Notes: generated from the sequence alone by a model not told the origin. A stretch of DNA of 63,994 nt, filler included, from Stramenopiles sp. TOSAG23-6 (GCA_900128565.1; 9 parts of 9 records of this genome joined end to end with filler, not necessarily neighbours in it); one strand, 5' to 3'; counted from the first letter of the whole stretch, positions 11,701-24,349 are shown. Numbers and translations are program-made.

Positions 11701-13388
11701 GGTACAGGTAAAATGTCTTTGTGTACGATTTTCTGTATAAAAACATGATCATTGTATACAATGATTATAAGAATACATATAATCGATAGAAAACCACAAA
11801 TACATAGAACTGTTATTGGCGCCAGTACAAAAATGGATCCCATCCAAAAACGCCATTTGTTAATTAATGTATTATATGCGTCATTTTGACCGACAATCCT
11901 ATTTGCTTCGGGCATTTTAGCATCAAAGATATTACCAGAAAAAAATGATTTTAGAAACCATAGAACCCCAACCGAATCTTTTTTCCAAGTCCGACTTTCT
12001 CCACCCCCATTTGCAACAGCATGATGATTTAATAAAAATGGAATTATGAAATATGCACATAGTGAAAATGACACAATACCAACACCAGCAATTAGTCTGA
12101 TACGGTGTATAGCTCTCGGATAACTTGTATATATGTTTTCCATTGTTGTTTTTCGTTTTTTTCTTTTTTTTCGTTTTTCAGGAGGTTTTTTAATACAGTT
12201 ATGAAAGAAACTTTGAGGGACGAAAAATAATGCACATATAGAAACTATGGCAATATAACCGCAAATTATGTTCGACATTACAACAGTCGCAAGAGCAACA
12301 CCAGAAATAAAAACGTCAAATAGGAATTTATTCATATCTACTGTTTTTAATGTTGTTCTGTGTAAAATTGTTTTGGCAGTAAAAGTCAATGCTGGGAAGA
12401 TTGCAGCAACTGCGAATATTTGTGTCCATAATCCAGACCCATGCATTGTGAAAAAAATCAAAATTTGTTTTTTTCGTTAGGTATGAAATTTTCTTTTCAT
12501 TAAAAAAAAAAAATGATATGTAAGTGGATGATGTACATGGTGTACATAGCTTCCCCAACCGATGCCATAACTATTCAAGATATTTGGCGACATGTCATTT
12601 ATTACAACAAATAATACAGCTGGTACTGCTGAAGACCAAGTATTGTGAAAAAATATTTTAGAAAAAAATCATTAGGTACGGAATTGCGTAGGAAAAAAAA
12701 AATTGAAATTTATCATGGAAACGTACATGGATGTAAAGATAAATGTTGAAAAGAATAGTAAATAATACAAGGCATCAAAACTAAAACCGCACAAGCACTA
12801 AGATCTGTACTGTAACCATAGGAATTTGTCACATAATATCCAAATATTGAGTAAAGATCTGATCGTAATCTTTCAAACCAAACACCAGTATTGTGAAAAA
12901 ATATTCAAAAAAAAAAAAAGTTGTTAGACGCGGAATTTTGTACGACAAAAAAAAAATGATATTAATGATGTAAATGTACATAATAAGTAAGGCCAATGTT
13001 GATAATGACTTGTCAAAGGAAAGCCACAACCAATACCAGGAAGATAAAAGTCCATCGTCCATACAGATCTATGACGAGACGCAAAATCCACAATGACTCG
13101 GTGAAGTAATTGATCATTTCCAGCATATGGAAGAAAAGAGAAATGTTCAGAGAGCTTTACTAGAGAAAAACATGTAGCGATACCCACAAATGCTTGTGCA
13201 AGTAACTTAGAACATGAAAAGTTCACTGATAATAGGCCAATGATAAAGAAAATACTCTCTGGTCGGTAAATCCAAGTTTCTAATGTTGTATAAAAAAAAA
13301 ATACACCAAAAAGTGTGTAGTATACGCAGAAGCTATATCCTACTATAAGATGCGAGTCTTCCATTTCTTCTACCATTTCTTCTACCAT
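8791..13388 (-). CDS. Large multi-pass membrane protein: GT-C/YfhO-like N-terminal region, WSC domain, PA domain, TM helix and RS/K-rich tail; 6 introns
   Basis: Removing 12886-12979, 12638-12726, 12441-12536, 11058-11150, 10826-10917 and 10105-10203 joins the ORFs into one frame. Motifs: GCGFPLTSHYQH, GWGSYVHHGSGLWTQ, WSC-type YEGCFED...FAAIQNGDECWCG, PA-type IVIVRRGKCTFVDKV...GAVAIIVIDN. Confidence 0.75.
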
Positions 13389-13723
13389 TTCTTTTAAGAG
13401 TTCTTCAAATAATTTTCTATAAATCTCTCACAACTATCTACTTCATCATTGGCTTATATATGATATCGTTTTTATCCAATAATACAGGTGTACTTGTAGT
13501 AAAATAGGTTGATTGAGCCCCAAAATTTGTTTTTTGTTTTTTTCAAAAAATAACGGTCAATAACGGTTGTTTTCTCCGTCTTTCAGTTATTCCCTTGTTC
13601 AGTCTTTGCAACTGTGGGAAGGTTCGAAGTTCCAACGCCAAAATACAAAATACAAAATGACAACGTTATTTACGACATCCAATAAGGCATAATGCGTTCA
13701 CCGTAGCTTAACGAAACAGAAGA

Positions 13724-14342
13724 ATGTATTCTAAGCAACAGCAATATCTTCGCCATAGTTACTTATCGAGAAAGCTAAGATTAAAGGGTAATAGTATGTC
13801 GATTAAGCGAAATAGGGAATACAAAGAAGTTTCTAATAAAACAAAGACAGCAATTTTAATTGCATCAGGACTCCCAAAGAGTAAACCTCCTGTTCAAATG
13901 AATCGTCCAGCAACAGCTCAAAGCTCATCAAAATGCAAATACATCATTCAGTCCAAAAAAACTAAATTAAAAAAAAGGCGAGTACTTGTACGCAATCAAA
14001 AAGTAGAGTTACATCCTAAATCAGTGACTGATCAAAAAGTATATCGTCAAGCAGTAACTCGCGTTACTCAACAACCTAAACGGAAAATACATTCACATGG
14101 TCACATCAGTGCATACTCTGGAAAACGCGCAGATAATAGAAAATCTATGCACCATGCAAGAGTTCTTGTGAGAGCATTTGCAATCGAGAACTTTTCAACA
14201 AAGGCAAAACATAGTCTTGATATTACTCAGTGGAAAGCTATAGTTGCTGCGCAAATCATTCAGGCATGGTGGAAGCTTTTACTCGCCGAACGTCAAATGG
14301 TTCGATTATTCTTGGCTGAACAAGTCACAGATATACAGGCAT
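13724..14342 (+). CDS. Basic protein with an IQ-like motif, 3'-truncated at an intron starting 14343
   Basis: AAQIIQAWWK IQ-like motif, then the family donor GTATGTTTT; the contig ends in the intron. Confidence 0.6.
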
Positions 14343-14585
14343 GTATGTTTTATTTTTTTCAATTTCGAATTTATTTTTCGTACGAAATTTTGTACNNNNN
14401 NNNNNNNNNNNNNNNNNNNNNNNNNNNNNNNNNNNNNNNTTAATTAATTAANNNNNNNNNNNNNNNNNNNNNNNNNNNNNNNNNNNNNNNNNNNNATTTC
14501 AATTTTTTTTTGAAAATTTGTTAGGTACAAAATTTTTATAAAAAAAAAAATTCGAATTTTTTTGTAAAAAAAAAATAAAACATAC

Positions 14586-16014
14586 ACCATTAGGAGACCA
14601 GTATGCAGAGTTAATAGACAAGGAATGAGGAAGGGTCACAAGAGGCTCAGCATGTCCTGATTTAGTTTTTTTAAGCATACGGTAGTCCCAGATGCAAAGA
14701 AGGCGATCAAGTGAAGCAGTAGCAAGACAATACGTACTAGCAGATGGGAAAACACTCACCGTATTGATTTTTTTAGAATGTATGATGAAAAAATATTTCA
14801 AAAAAAAAAACTTAAATTTTGTTAGGTACAAAATTTCGTACGAAAATAAATTCGATTTTTTTGTTTAAAAAAAAATAAAAGATACATGAAGTTCCCAGAT
14901 TTCGACACCAGATGCTACCTTTGGAGATGCACGAATATCCCAATGCATAACACAACCATCTTCTTGGGCCACAAATACAGATGTAAACTCTTTGTCATTA
15001 TTCGTTGCATAGACAGAGTCCATGCATTGTGAAAAAATATTTTTTTATTTTTTTTGCAAGAAAACAAATCGTTAGGTACAAAATTCCGTACGAAAAAAAA
15101 CAATTGAAATGAAGTATGAAAATGTACATGGAATATAACGACACTTCTCCAGAATATGACTCCGAAATTTTCTGTTTCTCTACGTCCAGACATCTAATTG
15201 AACCATCATAACTTGATGATAATAGTTTAGACGTCCCTTGAAAAAGTAAGCCAGCTATCACCGAACTATGAGGATGTTGAGTTAGGACACCACCACTTTT
15301 ACCATTAACATCCAAAGGGCTTTCTTGTTGAGTTGATACAGCACCGACTCTCCAAATACCCAAGTTACCCTTTTTGTCACCTGCCGCTATAATGGTGTTG
15401 CGGGTGGCCGGGCTTATTGCCAATGAATATATACGCTCAGGTGTTAGCTTGCGAAAACCATGCTTATCATCAACTGATAGTTTCGCTAAACGTTCAGCAT
15501 ACTCTAGAGAGCCACTTTCCTGTATATTGGTTGATGAGTCGCTATTTTCTTCAGACATCGCCTTTTTTAGATCTGCAATAAAGTCCATTCCATCTGCAGA
15601 TATTTCCAATGTTCCAGGTGTAGGTTCCATTTTCGTATATGTGGAGTGTTGCGAAAGAGTTTTAAAGTCAGTAGGCAAAGCTTTGCCATCTGACGTCTTC
15701 CCTTGCTGACGCAGAGATACACGCCTTGGTCTTTTAGCTCTATCTCTACGCAATTGTTCTCGTCGTTTTGCACGCTGCTCCGCTTGAGCACGGGCTGCAC
15801 GACGAGAAGCAGCAGAGTTTACAAGGCTTGGTTGGATTTTGAGTGTTTCCTTTGTCTCAGCAATACCAAGCTTTTTCAGAAACTCGTTGTTTCGTTCGAT
15901 GTTTTGCAAACGAGCTAATTCATATGCTGAGATCTTTGGTTTCTTGCGTTTTGCAAGCTTTTCTTCTGCCCTGGGGCGCTTACGCAAAGCATACTCGCGG
16001 ACAACATTTTCCAT
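14586..16014 (-). CDS. WDR76: WD repeat protein 76 / Cmr1-like, 3'-truncated; introns 15022-15127 and 14778-14885
   Basis: SAYELARLQNIERNNEFLKKLGI, KLTPERIYSLAISP, AAGDKKGNLGIW, spliced LHSKKINTV, ATASLDR..IWDYR and SAYWSPNG. Confidence 0.85.
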
Positions 16015-16240
16015 TCCAACTCTGGGATCCACACTGTTATGATGACTCGCCAAAAGACCTCCGAAAACGTACTAGTAGATGTGTGCATGTAGTACCTGTT
16101 TGTGTGCCATGTGCGTTTTTAATTAAATTAATTTGATGTCCAAATCAAAAATGCTTTTAAACCAAACACGAAATCCAAAATCATAAAATTCAAAAACGTG
16201 TCGCTCGGATTTGTTCGGAGTTCTTTTCCTTCTCTTCTAA

Positions 16241-18664
16241 ATGTCCTTCATACCAAAGCCGAAAACTTCAGAATTTTCCTGCAATACGATATATTCTTCA
16301 AAGGAAATGACGTCCACAAAGGATACAATTTTACATGAAAAAGATTTTTGCGGTTTATTCTGTGATATTGAACGCTCCATAAATACGTATACGTTTGACC
16401 ATAGCATCAACGGAGTATTAGCTTCACCATTGAATAAAAATATTTTCTCAAGTGAAGACACTATGGAAATTGACCCTACGTTTGAAGATAAAGTATTGCA
16501 CAACCAAGCTTATGAGCCTGAGCTCCAAGATAAATTANTTTATGGGGAAATCTATGGATCGCAAAATTTGACAGAACAGTGCTATTTAAATTTGACAGTT
16601 GATCCATTCTTTCCATCGCACGACAAGTGTTCTAACTTACGACAGAAAAACGACCTACAAACGACAAAAACAAGTACTACGACTACTTCAAAATGGAAAA
16701 AAAATAAACACCTTTGTGTACAAACGCGTTTTTCATGTTCGCCTCGATATCACAATAAGCCAAATAATTCGAAAGTTGGTATGAAATTCAGAACAGACCT
16801 AACTCCACGGGAGTCACGTACACCAACACAGATTGCTGCATTTCAAAGTGCTTTTAGACTTTCACCAGTCCAGTCACCAAGATTACATTTGCCACATAAT
16901 AAGCACATATCTCCATTGGCAAAGAATGGCGGTGAGTTGTTCAAATGGATTGCCCCTTCAACAACAATGTCACCAAAGACTTGCAGAGTTGCCCTCACTG
17001 ATGCCAACTCTTTTAAGGCTTCTTCAAAAGATATGCAAGATCTGATGAGCTTACTTACACCAATGTCACCTGTAGATTTAAGTGACAAACGTTTTCGAAC
17101 AGATTCCAAACCGGCACCACGAAAAAGAACCACACATTCTTTGAAACGGATACAATCATACAGTAACCAGGCTAGAAATAAATTACTTTCTGGGAAATCT
17201 CCCAAAGTTCAAGATATTTGCTTGGATCCGGAACAGCGCTATGACATTGGACATATGATTAAAACCATGAAAAAAGAAAAGAATGAAAACAAAAAGAGAA
17301 AAAAAGATCAAACTGTAGCTTCTTCTAACGATGAAATGGTCGTCTCGCATGTGACAACACCGTGTGTGCGCAATGATGGATTAATTGTTATGGGTGTATG
17401 TATGGATATTGATTTGGGGATGACGCCAGAGGAAAGATATATTTCGGATCGACAAGCATGGGAAAGAGATGATGAAGAAGTTCTACGTAGCAAAGGTGAA
17501 AGCTGGATTATTTTTCTTGATACTAAGAGAGCCAAGAATGGAAACAAAAAGAAGAAAAAAAAGAAGAAGAAAACTACAAAATTACAAGACCCATATTCTA
17601 CATACTTCAATGTAAGCAAACAGGAAACACCAATCGATTTTATGTGCTGGCTTGGATCAATTGAAGAAAATGAACTATCGACGAAACAAACTTCTAGCAC
17701 AACGGAATCTTCAAAACGCCAATCGTATCTACTTGCTTCCTATGGAAACCAGATGTTTCTGATTCGTGTCTCGCAAGAATTTTGTAATGGTAGCATAATG
17801 AAATTCAAGACGTCGCGCATTAATCTACCACAAATTCATACAGGTGAAATCCGCGATATTGCTGTGAACCAATGGAAAGTTCTCACGGGTGGTCACGATG
17901 GAAAAATTGTTGTACAAGACNTTGAGAAATGTTGTTCGTATTTGCGTGACAAAACCGAAATTTGCGAGGAGTTTATAAAGGAAATGGTTGAAGTGTCTAC
18001 CTTGCTATTCGAAATACAATGTAAAGATGTTATTGGATCTCTACGCTGGAGTGCTTTTGAGGAAAATGTAATCAGCTGGACGGAAGACGGAGGATGGTTA
18101 CGTATATATAACCTAGAATCTCAGCAATTTATCATGGAAAAAGAAGTTGCATGTGCAACTGAGAGGAGAAAAGATGCTAAACATCCTTTCGCTCATGAGC
18201 ACTTTAACAAGAACATTGTAATAGTTGGTTATGCAAATGGACATGTAGAGTACATTGATAGACGTATTCAACGTGTGATAATTGATAAAATGGATCAAAA
18301 TGTGCCAGTTGTGGGCGATATTCGATTTAACAAAGATATGTCACAATATGCTGTTTTTGGGGTAAATGAATTTTCATTATGGGGGTGTAAAGATACTCGT
18401 ATTGGCATGATACGAAAAATGTTTGGTCATCACAATCTTGAACCAAAGCAAGGTCATTCAAAGGAGGAGATTGGTTCATTGATTGAGAGAAATATCCTGG
18501 CATGGAAAACGGCACAATCTAACTTGGAGAATGGTGTAGTTTCTTGTGTAACGAGTGGAGTATTCTTTCCCGATGGTAAGAATTTGGCAGTGTGTAATAG
18601 TAAAGGTATACTCGCCTTGTATCAGACTAATTCACGAATGCCTTGTATTGGTCGTTTCCATTGA
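16241..18664 (+). CDS. Protein with a disordered N-terminus and C-terminal WD40 repeats
   Basis: 807-aa ORF with HTGEIRDIAV..VLTGGHDGKIVV and further WD-like blades. Confidence 0.75.
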   Translation: MSFIPKPKTSEFSCNTIYSSKEMTSTKDTILHEKDFCGLFCDIERSINTYTFDHSINGVLASPLNKNIFSSEDTMEIDPTFEDKVLHNQAYEPELQDKLXYGEIYGSQNLTEQCYLNLTVDPFFPSHDKCSNLRQKNDLQTTKTSTTTTSKWKKNKHLCVQTRFSCSPRYHNKPNNSKVGMKFRTDLTPRESRTPTQIAAFQSAFRLSPVQSPRLHLPHNKHISPLAKNGGELFKWIAPSTTMSPKTCRVALTDANSFKASSKDMQDLMSLLTPMSPVDLSDKRFRTDSKPAPRKRTTHSLKRIQSYSNQARNKLLSGKSPKVQDICLDPEQRYDIGHMIKTMKKEKNENKKRKKDQTVASSNDEMVVSHVTTPCVRNDGLIVMGVCMDIDLGMTPEERYISDRQAWERDDEEVLRSKGESWIIFLDTKRAKNGNKKKKKKKKKTTKLQDPYSTYFNVSKQETPIDFMCWLGSIEENELSTKQTSSTTESSKRQSYLLASYGNQMFLIRVSQEFCNGSIMKFKTSRINLPQIHTGEIRDIAVNQWKVLTGGHDGKIVVQDXEKCCSYLRDKTEICEEFIKEMVEVSTLLFEIQCKDVIGSLRWSAFEENVISWTEDGGWLRIYNLESQQFIMEKEVACATERRKDAKHPFAHEHFNKNIVIVGYANGHVEYIDRRIQRVIIDKMDQNVPVVGDIRFNKDMSQYAVFGVNEFSLWGCKDTRIGMIRKMFGHHNLEPKQGHSKEEIGSLIERNILAWKTAQSNLENGVVSCVTSGVFFPDGKNLAVCNSKGILALYQTNSRMPCIGRFH

Positions 18665-18838
18665 AAATTTTTAACGGTTGTGGATTTACAAGAAAAGTGC
18701 AGATATCCTGTTTGGTATCATGTCTTTTATTATGAAGGAATATTATCATGATTATGGTAGAAATCAAATTAATTACGAAATAGAATGTATTTTAATGATA
18801 GCTATATAAGATTTAAAAAATTACGTGAAATATTATTT

Positions 18839-19825
18839 TTATGCATTCTGGAAAGTCGCATTTTGTTTCTTTATGACGGATTCTACATATTTTGCCATCT
18901 CCTCAACATATCCAGTCCCATTTTCTCTTTCTGTCATGCCATATGCTTCCATAAGCGTTTCCCCAGCCCATTTGTGTAACTTGGCATTCAATTTTAAATC
19001 TTCTGTATCTTTCTTGCCGTCACGGACTAATGGTAAAGCAGCAGAGCTTGCGAGAATGCCCACCAAACTTTTATAATTTTTTTTCGGTTTAATGTCCAAA
19101 GACTGCGCAAAATAACGACGTGCAGTGCGCAAGCTAGTAGGATCATTTTGCCCTGCAGTATAGCATAATTCAGCATAGTGAGTATGTCGTTCCGCGTCAA
19201 TAGGACTGAAAGTAATATACTCTTCTGCACAAAATTTAGCAAGTTTGTAGCGTCCCGTATCGCAGTACATTGAGTCTAACTCCTGCCAGGCATCCGCATC
19301 AGATTGAAAGATTTTCATATATTCATTAAGCTTTTTTATAGCTGCAGGGATTTTATTTTGCGCTCTCAGTATAGACACAATGCGTTTATGTGCCATGCGG
19401 TTAGCGGGATTCTCCTTAATAAGAGCTGTGTAAATATTTTCTGCCGCCTTGTAATGACTTTCCGCCGCACGAGAAGTCGAGCTAGCTGCCGCCAGAGCTT
19501 CACGGAGAAGACCTCGAAGTCTCCTGACCCGGGCACTTTCTGGTGTAAACTTCGACGACAAAATTTCTAGATATGTTTTAGACATTTCTATCTCATGTAC
19601 GTCTAGACAAGCTAAGAACACCTGTTCACACACAAACCAATAGTCGTCACCTAGAGAATGCGAGTAGTTATCCAAGAGAAGTAAACCAAACTTTTTACAT
19701 ATAAGCGGACGTCGTTCTCGGCGTCTATACATCAACTTTAGTACTTTAAGCATATCTGCCTTGGATAGCTTACAATCCTTGCCCTGCATAAGTAGCACTT
19801 TTAGTTCATCATTGGTGTCAATCAT
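18839..19825 (-). CDS. EMC2: ER membrane protein complex subunit 2 (TPR protein)
   Basis: LGDDYWFVCEQVFLACLD, SARVRRLRGLLREA, LNEYMKIFQSDADAWQEL and AKFCAEE. Confidence 0.9.
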   Translation of the reverse strand: MIDTNDELKVLLMQGKDCKLSKADMLKVLKLMYRRRERRPLICKKFGLLLLDNYSHSLGDDYWFVCEQVFLACLDVHEIEMSKTYLEILSSKFTPESARVRRLRGLLREALAAASSTSRAAESHYKAAENIYTALIKENPANRMAHKRIVSILRAQNKIPAAIKKLNEYMKIFQSDADAWQELDSMYCDTGRYKLAKFCAEEYITFSPIDAERHTHYAELCYTAGQNDPTSLRTARRYFAQSLDIKPKKNYKSLVGILASSAALPLVRDGKKDTEDLKLNAKLHKWAGETLMEAYGMTERENGTGYVEEMAKYVESVIKKQNATFQNA

Positions 19826-20035
19826 TCTACAGTATTTATTAAGACACTTTTTTAATAAGTTCTGAACGCGAATGGGATGGCCAATCCATCCAATTCTGAT
19901 TTCTGACTGTTCTGACTTGTATGAGATTACCGGGTAACGATTGACACGTGGGTTTGAAATACCTTACGAATCTCTCAATTTTAAGTGAATTGCAAACACC
20001 TTCACATTCAGAAAAAGTCTGAAACCTCAGAAAAA

Positions 20036-21580
20036 ATGGATGAAGTTAGCACAAGTTGGCTCTTTGCTGATGCAGATAAGGAGGTATGGCCTCCCAGACC
20101 CCTTATTGCATGGACCCAAAAAATAGAGATTCTGCAAGGAGAAGCTGGAGGCCACGGACACCAAGAACTAATATGGGACGCATCTCAATATTTATCACTT
20201 GCTTTAGAAAATAAATATCCGACTGGTTTTGGTGGTAAAACTGTCCTCGAATTAGGCTGTGGCGTTGGATTGCTCAGTGTATACCTTGCCGTGGGTGGTG
20301 GTAACGTTCTTGCAACAGATCTTCCGCCAGCTTTAATTTTCGCAAGGAAAAATGCTGCACATAATAAGCAGTCAATTCCTGAAGGTGCTTCTTTGAATCT
20401 TGCCGCACTGCGCTGGGGTTATGAAGACGAATACCCATGGGATGATATCAAAAAAATATCGCCGATAGATTTTATTGTTGCAAGTGATGTTATCTATTCA
20501 AAAGCGACTGCTGATGGTATATTAGAAACTATAGCTCATATTGCAACACAAGGAACAATAGCGTACGTAGCGCAAGATGGACGATTGAATCATTTCTTTT
20601 TTAGTAAAGCAACTGAACTCGGTCTACAATGGCAATTAGTAGATATCAACACAAAAGGAGGCACTTTGGAACCATTAGATTTGTCTCTTCAAAACGATAT
20701 ATTGAAAGATGCGACAAAACTTGGTTCCAGTCTTGTATGTGTAAAAATTTGGAAAACCAAAATAAAAAAAAATCCTGTCCTTTTCGAGTGGTTTTCTGAG
20801 AATTTGTGTCTATCTGATGTACAATGTCGCGTATTTTCTGCTGGTGCTTCAATTCAGTCAAATATACCTTTGGTAGTCTTGCTTCATGGTGCAGGTCAAA
20901 CTAGCCAGTCATGGAAAGCATTTGTGTATACTCTACTTCAAAATGTTCCTACTGGTAGTATCAGTGTCCTTGCTATAGACTTCCGTGGACATGGTGAATC
21001 AGACCCTAACCCTAACCCTAATACGCTGACTAGTCTCAAACATAAAAAGGAACCCCTTGATCTCTCAGCTACCACCCTTGTGGAGGATGTGAAGTCAGTT
21101 CTAGATAAACTAAGTTCCCATTTGAATACATCCATCAATGTTACATTAGTTGGCCATTCAATGGGAGGTGCCATCGCAACTAGAGTGGCCTATGATATTG
21201 TTTCCTCTCCTATTGATAGAGTGTATGTATGTTTTATTTTTTTTTTTTTTACCGAAAAAAAAAAATCGAGTTTTTTTTTTTATAAAAATTTTGTACCTAA
21301 CAAATTTAAGTTTTTTTTTTTTGAAATATTTTTTCATAATCCATTTTGATAGAAAATGGAAGATAGATGGCTTAATAGTTGTTGATGTCTGTGAAGGGAC
21401 AGCTATACAATCGTATGTTTTATTTTTTTCAATTTCGAGTTTTTTTTTCGTACGAAATGTTGTACCTAACAAAAATATTACAAAAAAAAAATATTTTTCA
21501 AAATACATGTTAGATTCAGTCGCACAAATGCTGTGCTCACGACCTCAATCTTTTCCATCAGAAAAGGCCGCAATAAAATG
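20036..21580 (+). CDS. METTL21-family lysine methyltransferase fused to a PME-1-like alpha/beta-hydrolase; 3'-truncated; introns 21227-21344, 21413-21508 and 21581 onward
   Basis: IWDAS..L, VLELGCGVGL, LRWG and DFIVASDVIY, followed in the same frame by LLHGAG, DFRGHG, LVGHSMGGAIA and VVDVCEGTA...RPQSFPS..AIKW. Confidence 0.85.
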
Positions 21581-21882
21581 GTACGTTTTCATTATGAATT
21601 TCAAATTTATTTTTTTTTCGTACGAAATTTTGTACNNNNNNNNNNNNNNNNNNNNNNNNNNNNNNNNNNNNNNNNNNNNTTAATTAATTAANNNNNNNNN
21701 NNNNNNNNNNNNNNNNNNNNNNNNNNNNNNNNNNNGATAAGTTAATCGATGATTATGATCTTAAAACATGTAATATACCTAAAATTTCATTATTTGATTT
21801 TATGCCATACAGGCAAACAGGCTATTTACTCTTTTCTATACAACTCTAAAAAATTTCATTATTTGATTTTATGCCATACAGA

Positions 21883-23933
21883 TTATTTACTCTTTTCTAT
21901 ACAACTCTTTGATAAACAAAAACAACCAAATGGATTTCCATATTTCTCGGAATCAATAATTATATCACGAATACTTGATGCTGTACCTAGTACAATCAAT
22001 ATAACACTCATAAAGATAAGTGAATAAATATTGTGAAAAAATATTTCAAAAATTTGATTTTTTTTGTTAGGTACATATTATAGTACAAAAAAAAATAAAA
22101 AAATAAAAAAATAAAAAAATAAATGATGATGATGAAAACGTACATATACTATACTTGCTCCAAAATGATAAACGTATAAAATTTTTCTTGGCTACTTCAA
22201 GATACAAAACAGATGGTATTAAAAGGGCTAGAGGTGCAGAACACAAAGCTCCTATAAGTTCAACAAAGTCATCAAAAAATGGAATTGCATTTGATAAAAT
22301 CCATGCTAAAACAGAAACTATTGATGTAATAAAGAACCACTCCACCTTGGATTTATGAAAACCTTTCTGAGAAGAATGAAGTACTGTGAAAAAATATTTT
22401 TTTTTTTGGAAAAAATTGTTAGGTACAAAATTTACTACGAAAAAAAACATTCAATTTCGAAAAAACATACAAGACAATCTGCAGATTTTGCATTATAAAA
22501 TTTATGGATGCGTTTACATAACACCTGTTGATTTAGTACGTATGAAACTATCATATGCAATAGCATTAGTGCATTAGCAAAATTTCTCTTTATATTATAG
22601 GGTAATACATCCATTATATATATATTGTGAAAAAATATTTTTTTTTTTTTCGTAAAAAAAATTCGTTAGGTACGAATTTTGGTACCAAAAAACAAAATAT
22701 GAAATAGGATGAAACATACAGTGTGGCGCTTTATCACCAAGAATTGTATAACCTGAAATACATATAAAAGAGTATATAATCAGCATCACTGGAGTTGCAG
22801 TCAATAAACTTTTAGTAAAATCCTCTGGGCGTCGCATTTCGTGCATCATTTCTAAGTAGATTTTTTGTCCAGACATTGCAAAAACAAATGAGCATGTCTT
22901 GTGAAAATTAAAAAAAAATCGTTAGGTACAAAATTTCGTACCAAAAAAACATTTAATTCAAAATTAAAAGTGAATTTTGAAAACGTGCATAATGTGGTAG
23001 AAATGGTCCAAAAACTGATATTTGGAGATACGATAAATGTTTCGCCAGTCTCAGGCGCAGGTGTATCGAAAATTTCAAAAGTACACATTAGTAGAACTAT
23101 AAAAATGTATTGAGAAAAAATATTTGTTTTTTGTAAAAAATTTTAAAAAATGTTACATACAAAATGCATACAAAATTTTTAAAAAATGGTACGGAAACCC
23201 TAACCCTAACCCGAGGAGGTAAAAAATGCCTGATGAAAACGTTCATAGTGATAGCTGAAAATAAGGATGCTAGTGAAATATTCTTTAGAGTTCTCATTTG
23301 ATTGGGTAATAGAAGAATCAAAACGATGATGATTCCAGCTACTGGTCGACAGATATCTGAATTGAAGAAAATACCTTGAAGACTCTTGGATAAAACAATA
23401 ACGTAGTCACCCAGTAGCAAAAATATGGAAATATATAGCATAGCATAGCATAAGCTTTTTCCTCGAGACCCAAAGACTTCACCTGCTAAATCACCTAGCG
23501 TTGTGATGTTAGGATAGTATGATCTTGCATATACGAGTAAGAAACCAGTATAAAGGTTAGCTGCGTAGCACAGAGGTAACAAGATTAAACCACCGAGCCA
23601 ACCAACTCTTGAGAATGCACCTAAAAGCGAAAGCACCCCTGAGCCAATGATATCTGCTAGAAGCAAAAAGGATACATGATACCATTCACTTACGGCAACA
23701 AGTTGACTACCACGAGATAAACGGCGTGTCTTTGACAAATCAGGTTGATGATGATAGTTCTTTGTAAAGTCAAACTCATCAGTACTGCTTTTTAGTGCAA
23801 AGTTAATCCTCGTAGATTCATTTTCAAGAGACGAAGGAAAACTACCAGATTTTGTATTAATTTTAAACATGGAACTATTTTCATTAACGTCATCGACTAC
23901 TTCCGAACGTCCTATTGGAATTACTGAATTCAT
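21883..23933 (-). CDS. Amino-acid transporter (AAAP/Aa_trans family); 5 introns
   Basis: LLADIIGSGVLSL...GWLGG, FAMSGQ...EMRRPEDF and IPFFDDFVELIGAL. The frame is restored by removing 23105-23244, 22894-22988, 22620-22719, 22379-22470 and 22026-22143. Confidence 0.9.
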
Positions 23934-24349
23934 CTTTGCAGAAATCTCGGTGTGAAACTTATTCTTCCAAGGTCAATCTAAATTATAATGTCATTTTTTT
24001 TTCTAAAACGTTAACGTAATGTTATGACCAATGGCAATGTCATGGTTTAAAATGATAAATCGAAATAACAACACGAAATATCAAAATTATGTAAAACCTC
24101 CGAATTTTATATAAAAATCGAAAAACTTGTAACGAGTAAAAGCTTTCAAGATTTATTATAATAATCAAATTTCACCAAACAAAAAAAATAATACAAAGTA
24201 AGTGTATATGTTTGATTTAAATGGTACGCTGCGTAAGCCTCTGTAGTTTTCTTTTGTGTCCACATTGTGAGTATTCATTTCATTTTTGAAGTTTGAAACC
24301 CTAACCCTAAATTTTTATCATGAAATAAATTTTTATCATGAAAGTTTTA

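Noticed and set aside
22067-22450. ORF segments such as FFFVRNFVPN, YEILYLT and LGTKFRTK recurring in many ORFs
   Set aside because: They are translations of the intron family, not a protein motif.
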